Positions 53,452-64,000 of a stretch of 64,000 nt of DNA are shown piece after piece. A program made the position numbers and the translations under genes. Location: the NCBI RefSeq assembly GCF_018350175.1, contig NC_058368.1:85190001-85254000 (forward strand), given 5' to 3'. Source of the stretch: Felis catus. Its lineage: Eukaryota. Position 1 is the stretch's first letter. Each line of letters opens with the position of its first letter. The notes beneath the pieces were generated by a model. The model did no database searches. It was given only the letters and a program-made list of their open reading frames with translations, and had not been told where the DNA came from.

Positions 53452-53554
53452 TCTTGCTCTGGCTCTTTACTATTGAAAAATGGTGTTTACGTATCAAGAT
53501 CTTGTCACTACATTGTACTTGTTTTGACTAGGTTTGTTCTGTTTTGTCTTTCAG

Positions 53555-53648
53555 GTCATCTCAGAAACTGAGGAGTAGCTGGTCTAAAACCATGTCAGGT
53601 AGGGGACCATCATCAGAGGTTGGGTCTTTATCCCTGCAACTCTTGTGA
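53555..53648 (+). pseudogene. Probable FAM71/GARIN-like exon 5
   Basis: Strong acceptor gttctgttttgtctttcag|G with phase 2 matching the exon 4 donor; reads SSQKLRSSWSKTMSG...LL* with weak resemblance to the GARIN3/4 tail. It may instead end at the donor CAG|GTAGGG (53598/53599). Confidence 0.5.
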
Positions 53649-54798
53649 AGCTCTTCCTGGTCTCGAGGGAACACACGTTAGCCATTCATGAAAGTCAGAG
53701 ATATCAACTAGCATGGATATCACATGCCATCACAAGTCACCCACACATTTCAAAGATGGGGAAACATAATTTTTCTGAAGTGGGTCAATTTATTTATTTC
53801 TTGAAGCACTGAAATGCCTCCTACATGCCTTGACCTGTGACAATAGCTGGCATATATAAAAAAGCAAGGCAGAGTGGGGAGTGCCTCCACATATAGATAT
53901 TTACACGTATCTATGTATCTAGAGCTTACACAGTCTCAAAGTGTGGAGCCAGCTGGGTGAGTTTAGGAAGCTCACAGCTCAGTGTCCTTGGAGCAGCAGG
54001 GGATACATGGGGGAAAATGTGCCCAGGCAGTTGGAGTGATGGATCTACAGAGACATGTGGGGCACAGAAGTGATTTGACCACACCTGTACTTTTAATGGT
54101 CCCTGCATACATGAGCTCAGGAAAGATGGAATCTGAGAAGCCATTAGGACTGTGGCCATGCAGGGAGAGATGGTAAAAGGCCCAAACAGCAGGCACCTGG
54201 AGCAGTTGTGGTCATGGACCCTATAGAACATATGAATGATTAGGCAAGGGAGTGAGGGCTGAACGAGGATGTGAAATGACACACAGGTTTTCCACATGAT
54301 GAGTGGATGGTAGTGCTGCTCATAGAGGTGGGAAGAATCAAGGGGATGAGCAAATGCACTGTTAGTGAACTAATCTGGACAGATCTGACTTGGTCTTGGT
54401 ATATCAAAGTGTTCCAGTTTAATAGGACCGGATCATTACTCTTTAGGTACAACACTGGCTTTGTGCGTGTTGTGTGTCAGAGTCTTTTGCTCTGAACAAG
54501 ATAGGGTAAGGTGTGCAGCCTAGTGAGTAAAGCCTGTAAGGGGCTCACAGTCTCTGTAGGGAGATAAGCTGTATTGAGGGTATAAAACTGAAGCATGAGT
54601 CAGAGTTGGAACAATGCTTCCCCAGTACCACATGCTAAAGGGAAAGAGGAAACATGTTCAGGAGACACTCACTGGTCAAGTGTGGCTCAAGTTCAGTGAA
54701 GGAGCAGTTGCCAACGAGATGTTTAAAATGAGTGGGTCCAGATTGCCACAGGCTTCAAATACCATGTGCATAAGTTCATATTTGATTGTGGGCTTTTT

Positions 54799-55018
54799 TT
54801 TTCATTTTTAATATTTTATTTCTTTTAAGTTTATTTATTTATTTTGAGAGAGACAGAGAAAGAAAATGCAGGAGGGGCAGAGAGAGAGAGAAAGAATCCT
54901 AAGGAGGCTCTGCACTGTCAGCACAGAACCCAATGTGGGGCTCAAACTCACGGCGAGATGATGACCTTTAGCCAAACCAAGAGTCAGTTGCTTAACTGAC
55001 TGAGCCACCCAGGTACCC
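54799..55018 (-). mobile_element. Carnivore SINE
   Basis: TSD 'tgattgtgggctttt' at 54783 and 55019. Confidence 0.93.
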
Positions 55019-56926
55019 TGATTGTGGGCTTTTTGTTAACACAAGGAATGATAATGTTCAATGGTAGAATCCATGAGTGAATTAAGTGAGGGTCACAATA
55101 AAAATAACTTCCTTTCCTCATTGTCAGTGGGGTTACCTTCACTGTTTCTCATCCTGACTCACTTTCAGTTCTTCAGAGCCCTCCCAATAGTTGTTTCTTC
55201 AGAGCTTCAGAGCTCTTCCTAATGCACAGGCAGCAGAAACCAGTTCCTGACAGCAAGAGCTTCAGTGAGATAAGTTCTTTACTAAGAAATAATAATATTG
55301 GTGAGGTAGGGACAGTGTGGAGGGGAAGAGCATGGAGGCAGTCAGGCAGTCAGCAGGGTGTGGTGAGGGCTTGCCATCTGTGACCATGGAGGCGGTAACT
55401 ATGTATGTCCATCATAAGGGTCATGAGAGCAAGCTATTTCCAGATAGCTTCCTTTGTGCATTGCGTAATTAAGACTTGCCTTTTCACCATAAAACACTAT
55501 TGTCTTTTTAAATTTACATGTTCCACAGCATAGTAATGACCTCAAAAGATTTTGTGACATCCCCTAAGCTGGTGCCTAAGACCCCAGTTCCCTGCCTGGC
55601 ACAGTCCCACTCACACCTTTCCTCCTAGAGCCCACAGTAGAGCTGCTCCTCGCCCTCACCACTGTCTGTCTTTGGGTCCTCAGGCTGTCCTCAAGGTCAC
55701 ATCCTGTCAGCCAAGGAGCACCTCCTTCTCCCTCCTCATTCTTTTTCCTCTGAAGGTCGACTGACAGAGATATTACATCTGTTGGATTAATAAAGAAAGG
55801 ATACTCATGGTGGAGGAGAAAGAGTAGAGACCCATGTTTCAGTAATTAGAGTAAGAAAAGCCATCATCTAGAGTTAAGCAATTCCACATCTAGGTCAGTA
55901 CCCGCAGGAAACTCACACACGTGTTCCAGAAGAAAACAATGAGAATTGTGGAGCAAAGCACAGAAAATCTCTCCCATGTTCATCAACTGGAGAATTGATG
56001 AATTGTGGTTATGCATGTGCCTTGGGATAGTACACAACACTGGCAGCTGTGCACATCAGCATGGGTGAGTCTCACTGCTGAATGACAGAAGCAGGTCGAA
56101 CATAGAACCCCATTTCTAGAATGGTTTGAAAATGAGATCAAACAAGACATGGTTACATATTTGGTAGTTTCTCTTGAGAAAAGTATGCCTGTGGTGGAAA
56201 AGAGATGTCATGTTGAAAATATGCATAAAATGTTCAACGATGCTGGAAATTTTCCTATTTCATAAATAAGGTTTTGTATATACAAGTATGAAATTTTCAC
56301 ATTTTAACATTTTTGAAGGCAGAATGATCCCTAAGTGACATTGTTGTCATTGTCACAGAAATAACCAATTTATTTTAGCAAATTTTCATATATTTACAAG
56401 AGTGACATGTGTCAAAAATTAGCCTGAAGTACTAATGACTTAATGAGTATCGAATACAGATTTGTAGGGACAAGTCATTGTGTCCATTTAGTTGGCATTG
56501 GTTTTCTCTCTTGAACCACTGGCCTTGTAGTTCAAGTGAAATACGGATTTTTTATTTAATCCATACATGTATGACACATGGAGTGTCTCACATATGTGAT
56601 GTATTTTGTGATAAATAATCTATGGTCTTCATATCTCCATCTGTATACAGATACAAAGATCTGTAATTTAGGACTCCTCAACAGGGGCATGGGAGGGATT
56701 GTGGCACAGACTTCTAGTTGACTACTTCATGTCCATTCTTCCTTTCCTTACTAAAGACCTTAATCTAATTGGGAAGAGTTCCCGCCCCCACCCCTCATAG
56801 CACTGATTTCTTACTGCCTGAGGACAATTAGAGAAGAAAATGGGGCTTATTAACATTGTTAGTAAGTGCCCCGCTTGTTGAAATGAACCTTTTAATATTT
56901 CATCACTTTTTAAAAATATATTTTCA

Positions 56927-57111
56927 TGGGGCACCTACGTGGCTCAATTGGTTGGGCGTCTGACTCTCGGTCTTGTATCAGGTCATAATTTCATGGGTTT
57001 GTGAGTTTGAATCCCACATCAGGCTACACACTGTCAGTGCGGAGCCCTCTCTGTGTCCCTCCCTTGCTTGTGTGCTCTATCAGAATAAATAAATGAACTT
57101 CAAAACAAACT
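56927..57111 (+). mobile_element. Carnivore SINE (partly deleted), followed by (CA)n at 57133-57187
   Basis: Head 'ggggcacctacgtggctcaattgg' and A-rich tail. Confidence 0.85.
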
Positions 57112-57143
57112 TAAAATATATACATATATTGAACACACACACA

Positions 57144-57196
<53 letters not shown>

Positions 57197-58024
57197 GTAT
57201 ATGTATGCTAACTTTTCTTATTAGAGATGTTAAGATTTTACATTTTATTTGCCAGTGTGGCATTGTATTGTGGTCTACTCAAGTGTTTGAACACATCCTA
57301 TGGAGAATGATGATCTTTGAGTTTGTATCTCACCTGGCTAGGTTCAGCCATAGGTCCTACTGTCACCTGTGGTTTTTGCTTTCTACATCGGTATTTCCAG
57401 TGTGATTGCTATCTGTCCCCATTCAGTGTGCATAGTTTGGAGTCTATGGAAGTCTACCACATACTTTTGTTTTCAAAGATTTGGATATGCTCTTTACTTT
57501 TAGATTCAGGCTTCTACAGTCTGGATACAAGTCTAGTTTATACACAGATTCATAGGATTGCTTATTATCTCAGCTACCTCCCCACCATTTTCGTATTCCT
57601 AGGGGTCTTTTCCTGGTCTTCTTACTAGAAACTGGAACTTTTGTTATGTTGTTCTGATGTGCACTTTCCATGACTGTGTCTGTTTCCCTCCCAGGCAATG
57701 AGAGGATGTGGAACAAAAGACCAACAGGAATGCTTGCTTCCCATACTCGTAGGATTACAGATCCCGTAGTCAGAGAGGAGTGTTCTGCCTCCATCCTATT
57801 ATATATGCCCATCTGGTCACTGTGGGTACTGGTGCCACAGGATTAGAGAGCTCTTTCTGTGAGCTATCAATATGAAGTTCTAGGTTTCAGGTTTCCTTTG
57901 ACTACAGGCTAAGAGAAACCAGAAGAATAATTTTGTAAAAATTAAAAAGGACAATTTTTTTTTGTTAGGTAGTACTTCAATATATATTTTCCTCAAGTAT
58001 TTCATTATGTATCTATAAAATCTA

Positions 58025-58243
58025 GGGGCGCCTGGGTGGCTCAGTCGGTTGAGCATCTGACTTCAGCTCAGGTCATGATCTCGCAGTCTGTGAGTTCAAG
58101 CCCCACGTCAGGCTCTGTGAAGACAGCTCAGAGCCTGGAGCCTCCTTCGGATTCTGTGTCTCCCTCTCTCTCTGCCCCTCCCCAGCTCATGCTCTTTCTC
58201 TGTGTCAAAAATAAATAAACGTTAAAAAATTTAAAAAAATAAA
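58025..58243 (+). mobile_element. Carnivore SINE
   Basis: Canonical head; TSD 'ataaaatcta'. Confidence 0.94.
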
Positions 58244-58695
58244 ATAAAATCTATAGATTTATATTTCCACTACCATAATATTGTTGCCAATAAAGTTAAC
58301 AATCATGGCTTAATAATTCAGTAACTATTTAAATTTCCTTAATCATCTCATGATATTTTCAGTAGGTTCATGCTAAATAAGACTCAGACTAGATCCATGC
58401 CTTGTGTTTGGCTCATATGTCATTTAATTTTATGGCAAAAAATTGTGGTCTATGTTTGTAAATAATCTATGAAGAATTGAAAAAAAATATGTATTCAGCC
58501 ATTGCCTTGTGGAGTGTTTTCTGAGTGTCACAGTTTTGTGTAAGTCTAAGGTATCCTCACTGATGTTCATCTTTTTAGTTCTATCAATTACTAAGAGATT
58601 TAAATATTTGACTATAATCCTAGATATGTTGGCTTTGCCTTCCAGGTCTACCAGTTCTTTTTGTTTTTCCCATGTATTTTGAAACATATCTATTT

Positions 58696-58916
58696 TTTTT
58701 TTAATTTTTTTTTCAACATTTATTTATTTTTGGGACAGAGAGAGACAGAGCATGAACGGGGGAGGGGCAGAGAGAGAGGGAGACACAGAATCGGACACAG
58801 GCTCCAGGCTCTGAGCCATCAGCCCAGAGCCCGATGCGGGGCTCGAACTCACGGACCGCGAGATCGTGACCTGGCTGAAGTCGGACGCTTAACCGACTGC
58901 GCCACCCAGGCGCCCC
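58696..58916 (-). mobile_element. SINEC_Fc-type SINE (very young)
   Basis: CpG-rich body; perfect 15-bp TSD 'gaaacatatctattt' at 58681-58695 and 58917-58931. Confidence 0.97.
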
Positions 58917-59151
58917 GAAACATATCTATTTGATGAATAAACATTTAAGATTTGTTTTTGATACATTGGCTCTTTTATCATCTTGAAATGGCCATCTTTA
59001 TTCCTGATGATATTATACATTCTGAAATCTGATTTGCCAGATATTAGTAAAGAGCCACTCCACCTATTTGGATATTATTATTAGCATAGTGCTTTTCCCT
59101 CCTTTTATTTTTAATGTTTGTTTCTATATAGTGAGTTTTTTATAGTGTTTC

Positions 59152-59377
59152 TTTTTAAATATTTTAATGTTTATTTATTTTTGAGAGAGAGAGAGAGAGA
59201 GAGAGAGAGGGAACAGGAGGGGGAGGGGCAGAGAGAGACGGAGACCCAGAATCTGAAGCAGGCTTCAAGCTCTGAGCTGTTAGCACAGAGCCCAATGCCG
59301 GGCTCGAACTCACAAACCGTGAAATCATGACCTGGGCCAAAGTTGGACGCCCAACCTACTGAGCCACCCAGGTGCCC
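59152..59377 (-). mobile_element. Carnivore SINE
   Basis: Antisense body; TSD-like 'tatagtg..tttctt'. Confidence 0.9.
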
Positions 59378-60099
59378 TATAGTGAGTTTCTTATACACAG
59401 AACATAGTCGAGTCATGTTTATATGTGTCTAATTTGACAAATTTTGTGTTTTAATTGAGTCACTTGGGCTACATATAATCAACGTTACTAGTGATATGTT
59501 TGCATTTAATTGTACCACATTTCTGTTTATTTTCTATTTGGCCCGTGTGTTCTGTGGTGTCTTTTTCCTATTATTTTGGCTTTGTTTTTGATTAAATAGT
59601 TTTGGGTGATTACATGTTATTGCCTGATAGATTCTTAACCAAGTGTTTACAGTATATATAGTTAATTCATCATAATCTAACTTCAAGTAATACTATATTC
59701 AGGTAAAGTTAAAAAACATGCAGTAGTTTACTTCTGTTTACCCCTCTTCTGGATTTTGCACTATACTTGACATACATTTTACTTTCACTTAAATTAGAAA
59801 AGCCACACCACTATGTTATTCATTTTCTGTTAGTCATACCATTGTTTCTTAAAGAGATTTAAATATTTAAATATTAAAATATAGTTTTCTCTACTTTTAT
59901 CATTTTTCATTCTTTCCACTCTTTTTGTAGATCCTGATCTTTATCTGTTATAGTTTCCTTACAATTAGACAACATCTTTTTTTTTTTTTTCTCAAATTGA
60001 CCTTAGTGGCATTTATTAAATAATCTAGTCAAGGACAGCAAAATGTACATTCACTTCATGTGCACATAAAACATTTAACAAAATAGGTCTGTTTTTTCT

Positions 60100-60765
60100 T
60101 AAGAGTTTATTTAAATTCCAGTCAGTTAACATACAATGTAATGTTTCAGCTGTAGGGTATTGTGATTCAACAATTTCATACATTACCTGGTTCTCATCAC
60201 AACAGGTGCACTCCTTAATCTCCATCACCTATTCACTCTGTCACTTCACCCACCTATCCTCTGGTAATGATTAGTTTTTTTTCTCTGTAGAGTCTGTTTC
60301 TTGATTTGTCTCTCTTTTTTCCCTTTTGTTCATTTGTTTCTTAAATTCCACATATGAGTGAAATTACATGATACTTGTCTTTCTCTAACTGACTTCACTT
60401 AGCATAATAATCTCTAGCTCTATCCATGTCCTTGCAAATGGTAAGAATTTATTCTTTTTGATGGGTTAGTAAATATTCCATTGTAGATGTATATACCATA
60501 TCTTCTTTATCCATTCATCAAAACAAGAGTACTTGGGCTGTTTCCATAATTTGGCTATTGTTGATAATACTGCTATAAACATTGAGGTAAATGTATCCCT
60601 TTGAATTAGTATTTTTGTATCCTTTGGATAAATATCTAATAGTGCAATTGCTGGATATTAAGGTAGTTCTACTTTTCATTTTTTTTTGAGGAACTTCCAT
60701 ACTCTTTCCCTCAGTAGCTGCTCTAGTTTGTGTTCCCTCCAGCAGTGAAAAAGGTGGTTCTCCAC
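60100..60765 (-). mobile_element. Carnivore L1 3' end
   Basis: Antisense L1 3'UTR/ORF2-end text ('ttaaattccacatatgagtgaaat', 'tttgaggaacttccatact'). Confidence 0.85.
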
Positions 60766-60979
60766 CCACTTTGGAGAACATCTTTTAAAATTTCTTTTAT
60801 TTTGGATGTAATGAATTCTTTTAACATTTGTATGTCTGAATAAGTCTCTGTATTATATATACTTTTGAATGTATTTTGCTAGATGAAGAATTCCATATTT
60901 ATTTTAAAATATTAGTACTTTAAAGAAATTTCTGTATTTTATTTGTACTGTTTCCATTGAGAAGTCTGCTGTGATCTCA

Positions 60980-61247
60980 CTCATATGTGGAACTTAAGAA
61001 ACAAAACAAATGATCATAGGGGAAAGAAGAGAGAGGCAACCAAGAAACAGATTCTTAATTATAGAGAACGAATTGAGGATTCTCAGAGGGGAGGTGGGTG
61101 GAGGATGGGATAAATAGGTGACGGGCATTAAGGACTGCACTTGTGATGAGCACGGTGTTCTATGGAATTGTTGAATCACTGTGTTGAACACTTGAAACTA
61201 CTATAATACTGTATGTTAACTAACTGGCATTGAAATTAAAAAAAAAA
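60980..61247 (+). mobile_element. Carnivore L1 3'UTR fragment with A tail
   Basis: 'tcactcatatgtggaacttaagaaacaaaac...tatgttaactaactgg' followed by an A run. Confidence 0.85.
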
Positions 61248-61254
61248 CCCTCTT

Positions 61255-63118
61255 TTTCTGTTAGCCTACTTAAGTTAACACACAATCCCATTATAGGATT
61301 AGTAGTTTCTAAATGTAACTGTATATTTACTTTTACCTGTGTTCTGTACTTTGATATGTTTTCATGTCTCTGATAATTGTCCTTTTATTTCACCCTGAAG
61401 AACTACAGCAGCATTTTTTGCGAGGCACATCTAATGGTGATGAATTTCCCTCAGCTTTTGTTTGTTAAATTATTTATTTGTCTTTTGTATCTGAAGGATA
61501 ACTTTGCCAGATAGAGCAGTTTTGTTTTTGTTTTTGTTTTTTGCTTTGTTTGTTTGTTTGTTTGTTTTTCTGGAAATTGTTTTCTTTTAGCACTTTGAAT
61601 ATGCCATTCCATTGTCTCCTGGTCTTGAGGGTTTCTTCTGAGAAATCCACTGATAGCCTCAGGGGGTTTACTTTGTAGGTTTCAATATATCTTTCTCTGG
61701 GTGCTTTTAGGATTCTCTTTGTCTTTGATATTTGACTGTATCATCATTATATGCCTTAGAGAAGGTTGTTTTGAATTGATATAATAGAATGATCTATTAG
61801 CTTTGTGAAACTGGATGTCCAATTGTCTCCAGGTTTGCTAAGTTCTAAGCTATTATTTCTTTGAGTAAACTTTCTGCTCCCCTCTGTTCTCCTTCTGCAA
61901 CTCCAGTGATTCTGTTTGTATATTTGCTAGTGGTCTGTACATCTGTATCATTTATTCACTGCTTTTTTTTCTTTCCTGTTTTTTTTTTCATTTTCTCCTC
62001 TGATTGGGTAATTTCACAGTTCTTATTCTGTAGCTCACTAATTCTGTCTTTCATATTGCCTAGTCTATTTTAAATGCCCTCTGTTCCATCATTTGCCTAA
62101 CTTATTGTAATCTTCAGCTGCAGAATTTGTTTCTCTCTTATGAGTTCTCTCTTTGTTAAATTCCTAATCTGTCCTCCACGTATTATTTTCCCAATTTCAT
62201 TGAATTCTCTCTTTTTTTCTTGAAGTTCTTCAGTTTCCTCAAAATGGCTATTTTAAACTCTTTATCAAATAGATAGAAAAATCTTCTGTCTTTGATTTTA
62301 AATATTTGAGGTTTATTGTTATCTTTCAGAGGTGACAGGTTTCCTTGATTCTTCATGTTCCTTGGAGTTTTTACATTTGAAGTAGCAGACATCTCAGATC
62401 TTTAATAGGGAGTGGGATACACTGTTTGTTGGTCCTGTTATATATGTGGCTTTCTCCAACTTTCTGTGGATGTATTGCTTCACACTGCTTGCTCCCTCTT
62501 GTGGCAGAATTCATAAGATTTTATGTCTTTCCTGGTTCTTATTATTAACAGTCCCAGTATCTGAAAACCTCTTTCTTGTATTTTGCAGTGTGGCACCATA
62601 GGTAAAGCTTGTGTTTTCTAAATGATGGAGAATGTTCTCACTATGGCACCTGGGAGCACACACACAGGAAGCCTGCCTCCAGTGAAGGAAAGTGTGAATT
62701 TAACACTTGGGGCATCAAGGGTGCTTAAGGCCTCCTTGTGGACCCTTATGTGAGGTTTACTCAGAGGCTTACATATAAGCTTTCTTCTGAAGTGCTGTGT
62801 CCAGTCAGCAGGGCTGTATCCTTTAATGAACTTTAGCATTCTTATCTGCATCTTTATCTGTTCCTCCTCCCAGTCATCTCCATGACTGGATTCAGTAGGT
62901 TGTGTGCTGCTGTAGAGAACCAGGCTTCTTCTTCTTGCACAGCTAGGGTAACCAGGACGCATGCCCACTGTGGGAGAGGTCATCTTTGGCCAGTTTGGCC
63001 CCATGCTCTGTTGTTCAGGGAAGGAGAAGTACTGACAGAGTTTCTCATATGCTGTCCAGTATATTCAAACCTCTTCTTTTTTTTTTTTCTTTGAATTATT
63101 TTTTAAGTTTATTTATTT

Positions 63119-63154
<36 letters not shown>

Positions 63155-63690
63155 GAGGGGCAGAGAGAGAGGGAGACACAGAATCTGCAGCAGGTTCCAG
63201 GCTCTGAGCTGTCAGCACAGAGCCTGACACAGAGCTCAAACCCATGGATTGTCACATCATGACCTCACTGAAGTTGGACACTTAACCAACTTAACCACCC
63301 GGGTGCCCCAGCAAACTCATTTCTTACTTGCTCCCTCCGGATACTCTAACATTCCCTCGGCAAGGCTGGACTTCTGCAGAGTCTCTTTCCTTGGAGGTGG
63401 ACTGCCTAAGTCAGCACTCTGCAGGTTTTCCCTAGCTGCAGCCAGGGGTTTTGGGGCTGGGTTTGTCAGCTCATATTGATTCTGCAGCCCATACTGAAGT
63501 CTGTCCTCAAATTACCATATGCTCAGTGGGTGAAAATTCTTACGTGTCCCTTGGCATGTGTCCCTGGATCCCACAGCTCCCAGAGGGGCACTCTTGTTTG
63601 TGGATAAAGGTCCCCTTAGTTGCTAAAAAGGGGGACAAAAAGAGGGACATCTGTGCCACTGTGATGGTGATCTCATCAGCCATTCCTTAT
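61255..63690 (-). mobile_element. Old L1 ORF1 and 5' region, antisense, within older L1 debris (58430-64000)
   Basis: Minus ORF 62183-62392 (MKNQGNLSP...DKEFKIAILRKL) resembles the L1 ORF1 N-terminus. Confidence 0.7.
63075..63310 (-). mobile_element. Carnivore SINE
   Basis: Antisense body with (GA)n tract. Confidence 0.9.
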
Positions 63691-64000
63691 GTGTAGGATT
63701 GCTACTGACAGATTTTCACAGCTCACTGTCTGTATTCCTGAATGATAACTTTGCTGAATGTAGAATTCCTGATTTACCGGTTTTTCTTTCAGCACTTGAG
63801 AAATGTGCCACCTCCTTCTGACTTCCATAGTTTCAGATGAAAAATCTACTTTCATTTAGATGTGTTTTCTTGTACAGGAACTGTCATTTCTTTCTGTCTG
63901 CTTTTACTACTTTTTTCTTATCAGTGGTTTCTAAAACTTTTATGATGTTATATCTTGTCATACATTTCTTTGGGTTATTCCTACTTGAGGTTCACTAATT

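Larger units (their letters stand above)
46581..53648 (+). pseudogene. FAM71: Multi-exon FAM71/GARIN (DUF3699) family gene, GARIN3/GARIN4-like; apparently inactivated (stop plus frameshift in exon 3)
   Basis: Exons 46581-46736, 48875-49077, 49839-50096, 50830-51404 and probably 53555-53648, all GT-AG with matching phases (0,2,0,2). Family motifs: GKLQGLLCKGEY, IFESDFIQ|INKRGEVIDVHN, VTVGI..TS..L.IPDIVLLAQP, LELT.|LLPLKFVKISI, HLKL.TGRSFYLQ, EDLF..WE.LVYL.RPPVEAYS and ELHREGDQ. The exact paralog is not assignable by eye. Confidence 0.9.

Overview
This is mammalian genomic DNA, almost certainly felid, judging by the dense carnivore tRNA-derived SINEs (several young SINEC_Fc-type copies with intact CpGs) and the carnivore/feline L1s. 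The left, AT-rich part is the edge of an olfactory-receptor cluster. It holds one intact single-exon OR6-family gene (7154-8110) and one decayed OR pseudogene (~24.3-25.2 kb), among nested L1s, SINEs and an LTR. The right part (45-54 kb) holds a gene that the ORF track only shows in pieces: an intron-containing FAM71/GARIN (DUF3699) family locus with at least four, probably five, coding exons. Its splice sites are canonical and phase-consistent, and its C-terminus resembles GARIN3/GARIN4 (FAM71B/A), which I recall as intron-poor, retrogene-like genes in human. Exon 3 has an in-frame TAA and a 1-nt frameshift, so it reads as an unprocessed pseudogene in this assembly. Its introns contain a perfect 36-nt antisense copy of the U2 snRNA 5' end and a sense-oriented solo LTR with a perfect 6-bp TSD. 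An NRF1-motif/CpG-rich candidate bidirectional promoter lies upstream. Family assignments come from recalled motifs, not database searches.
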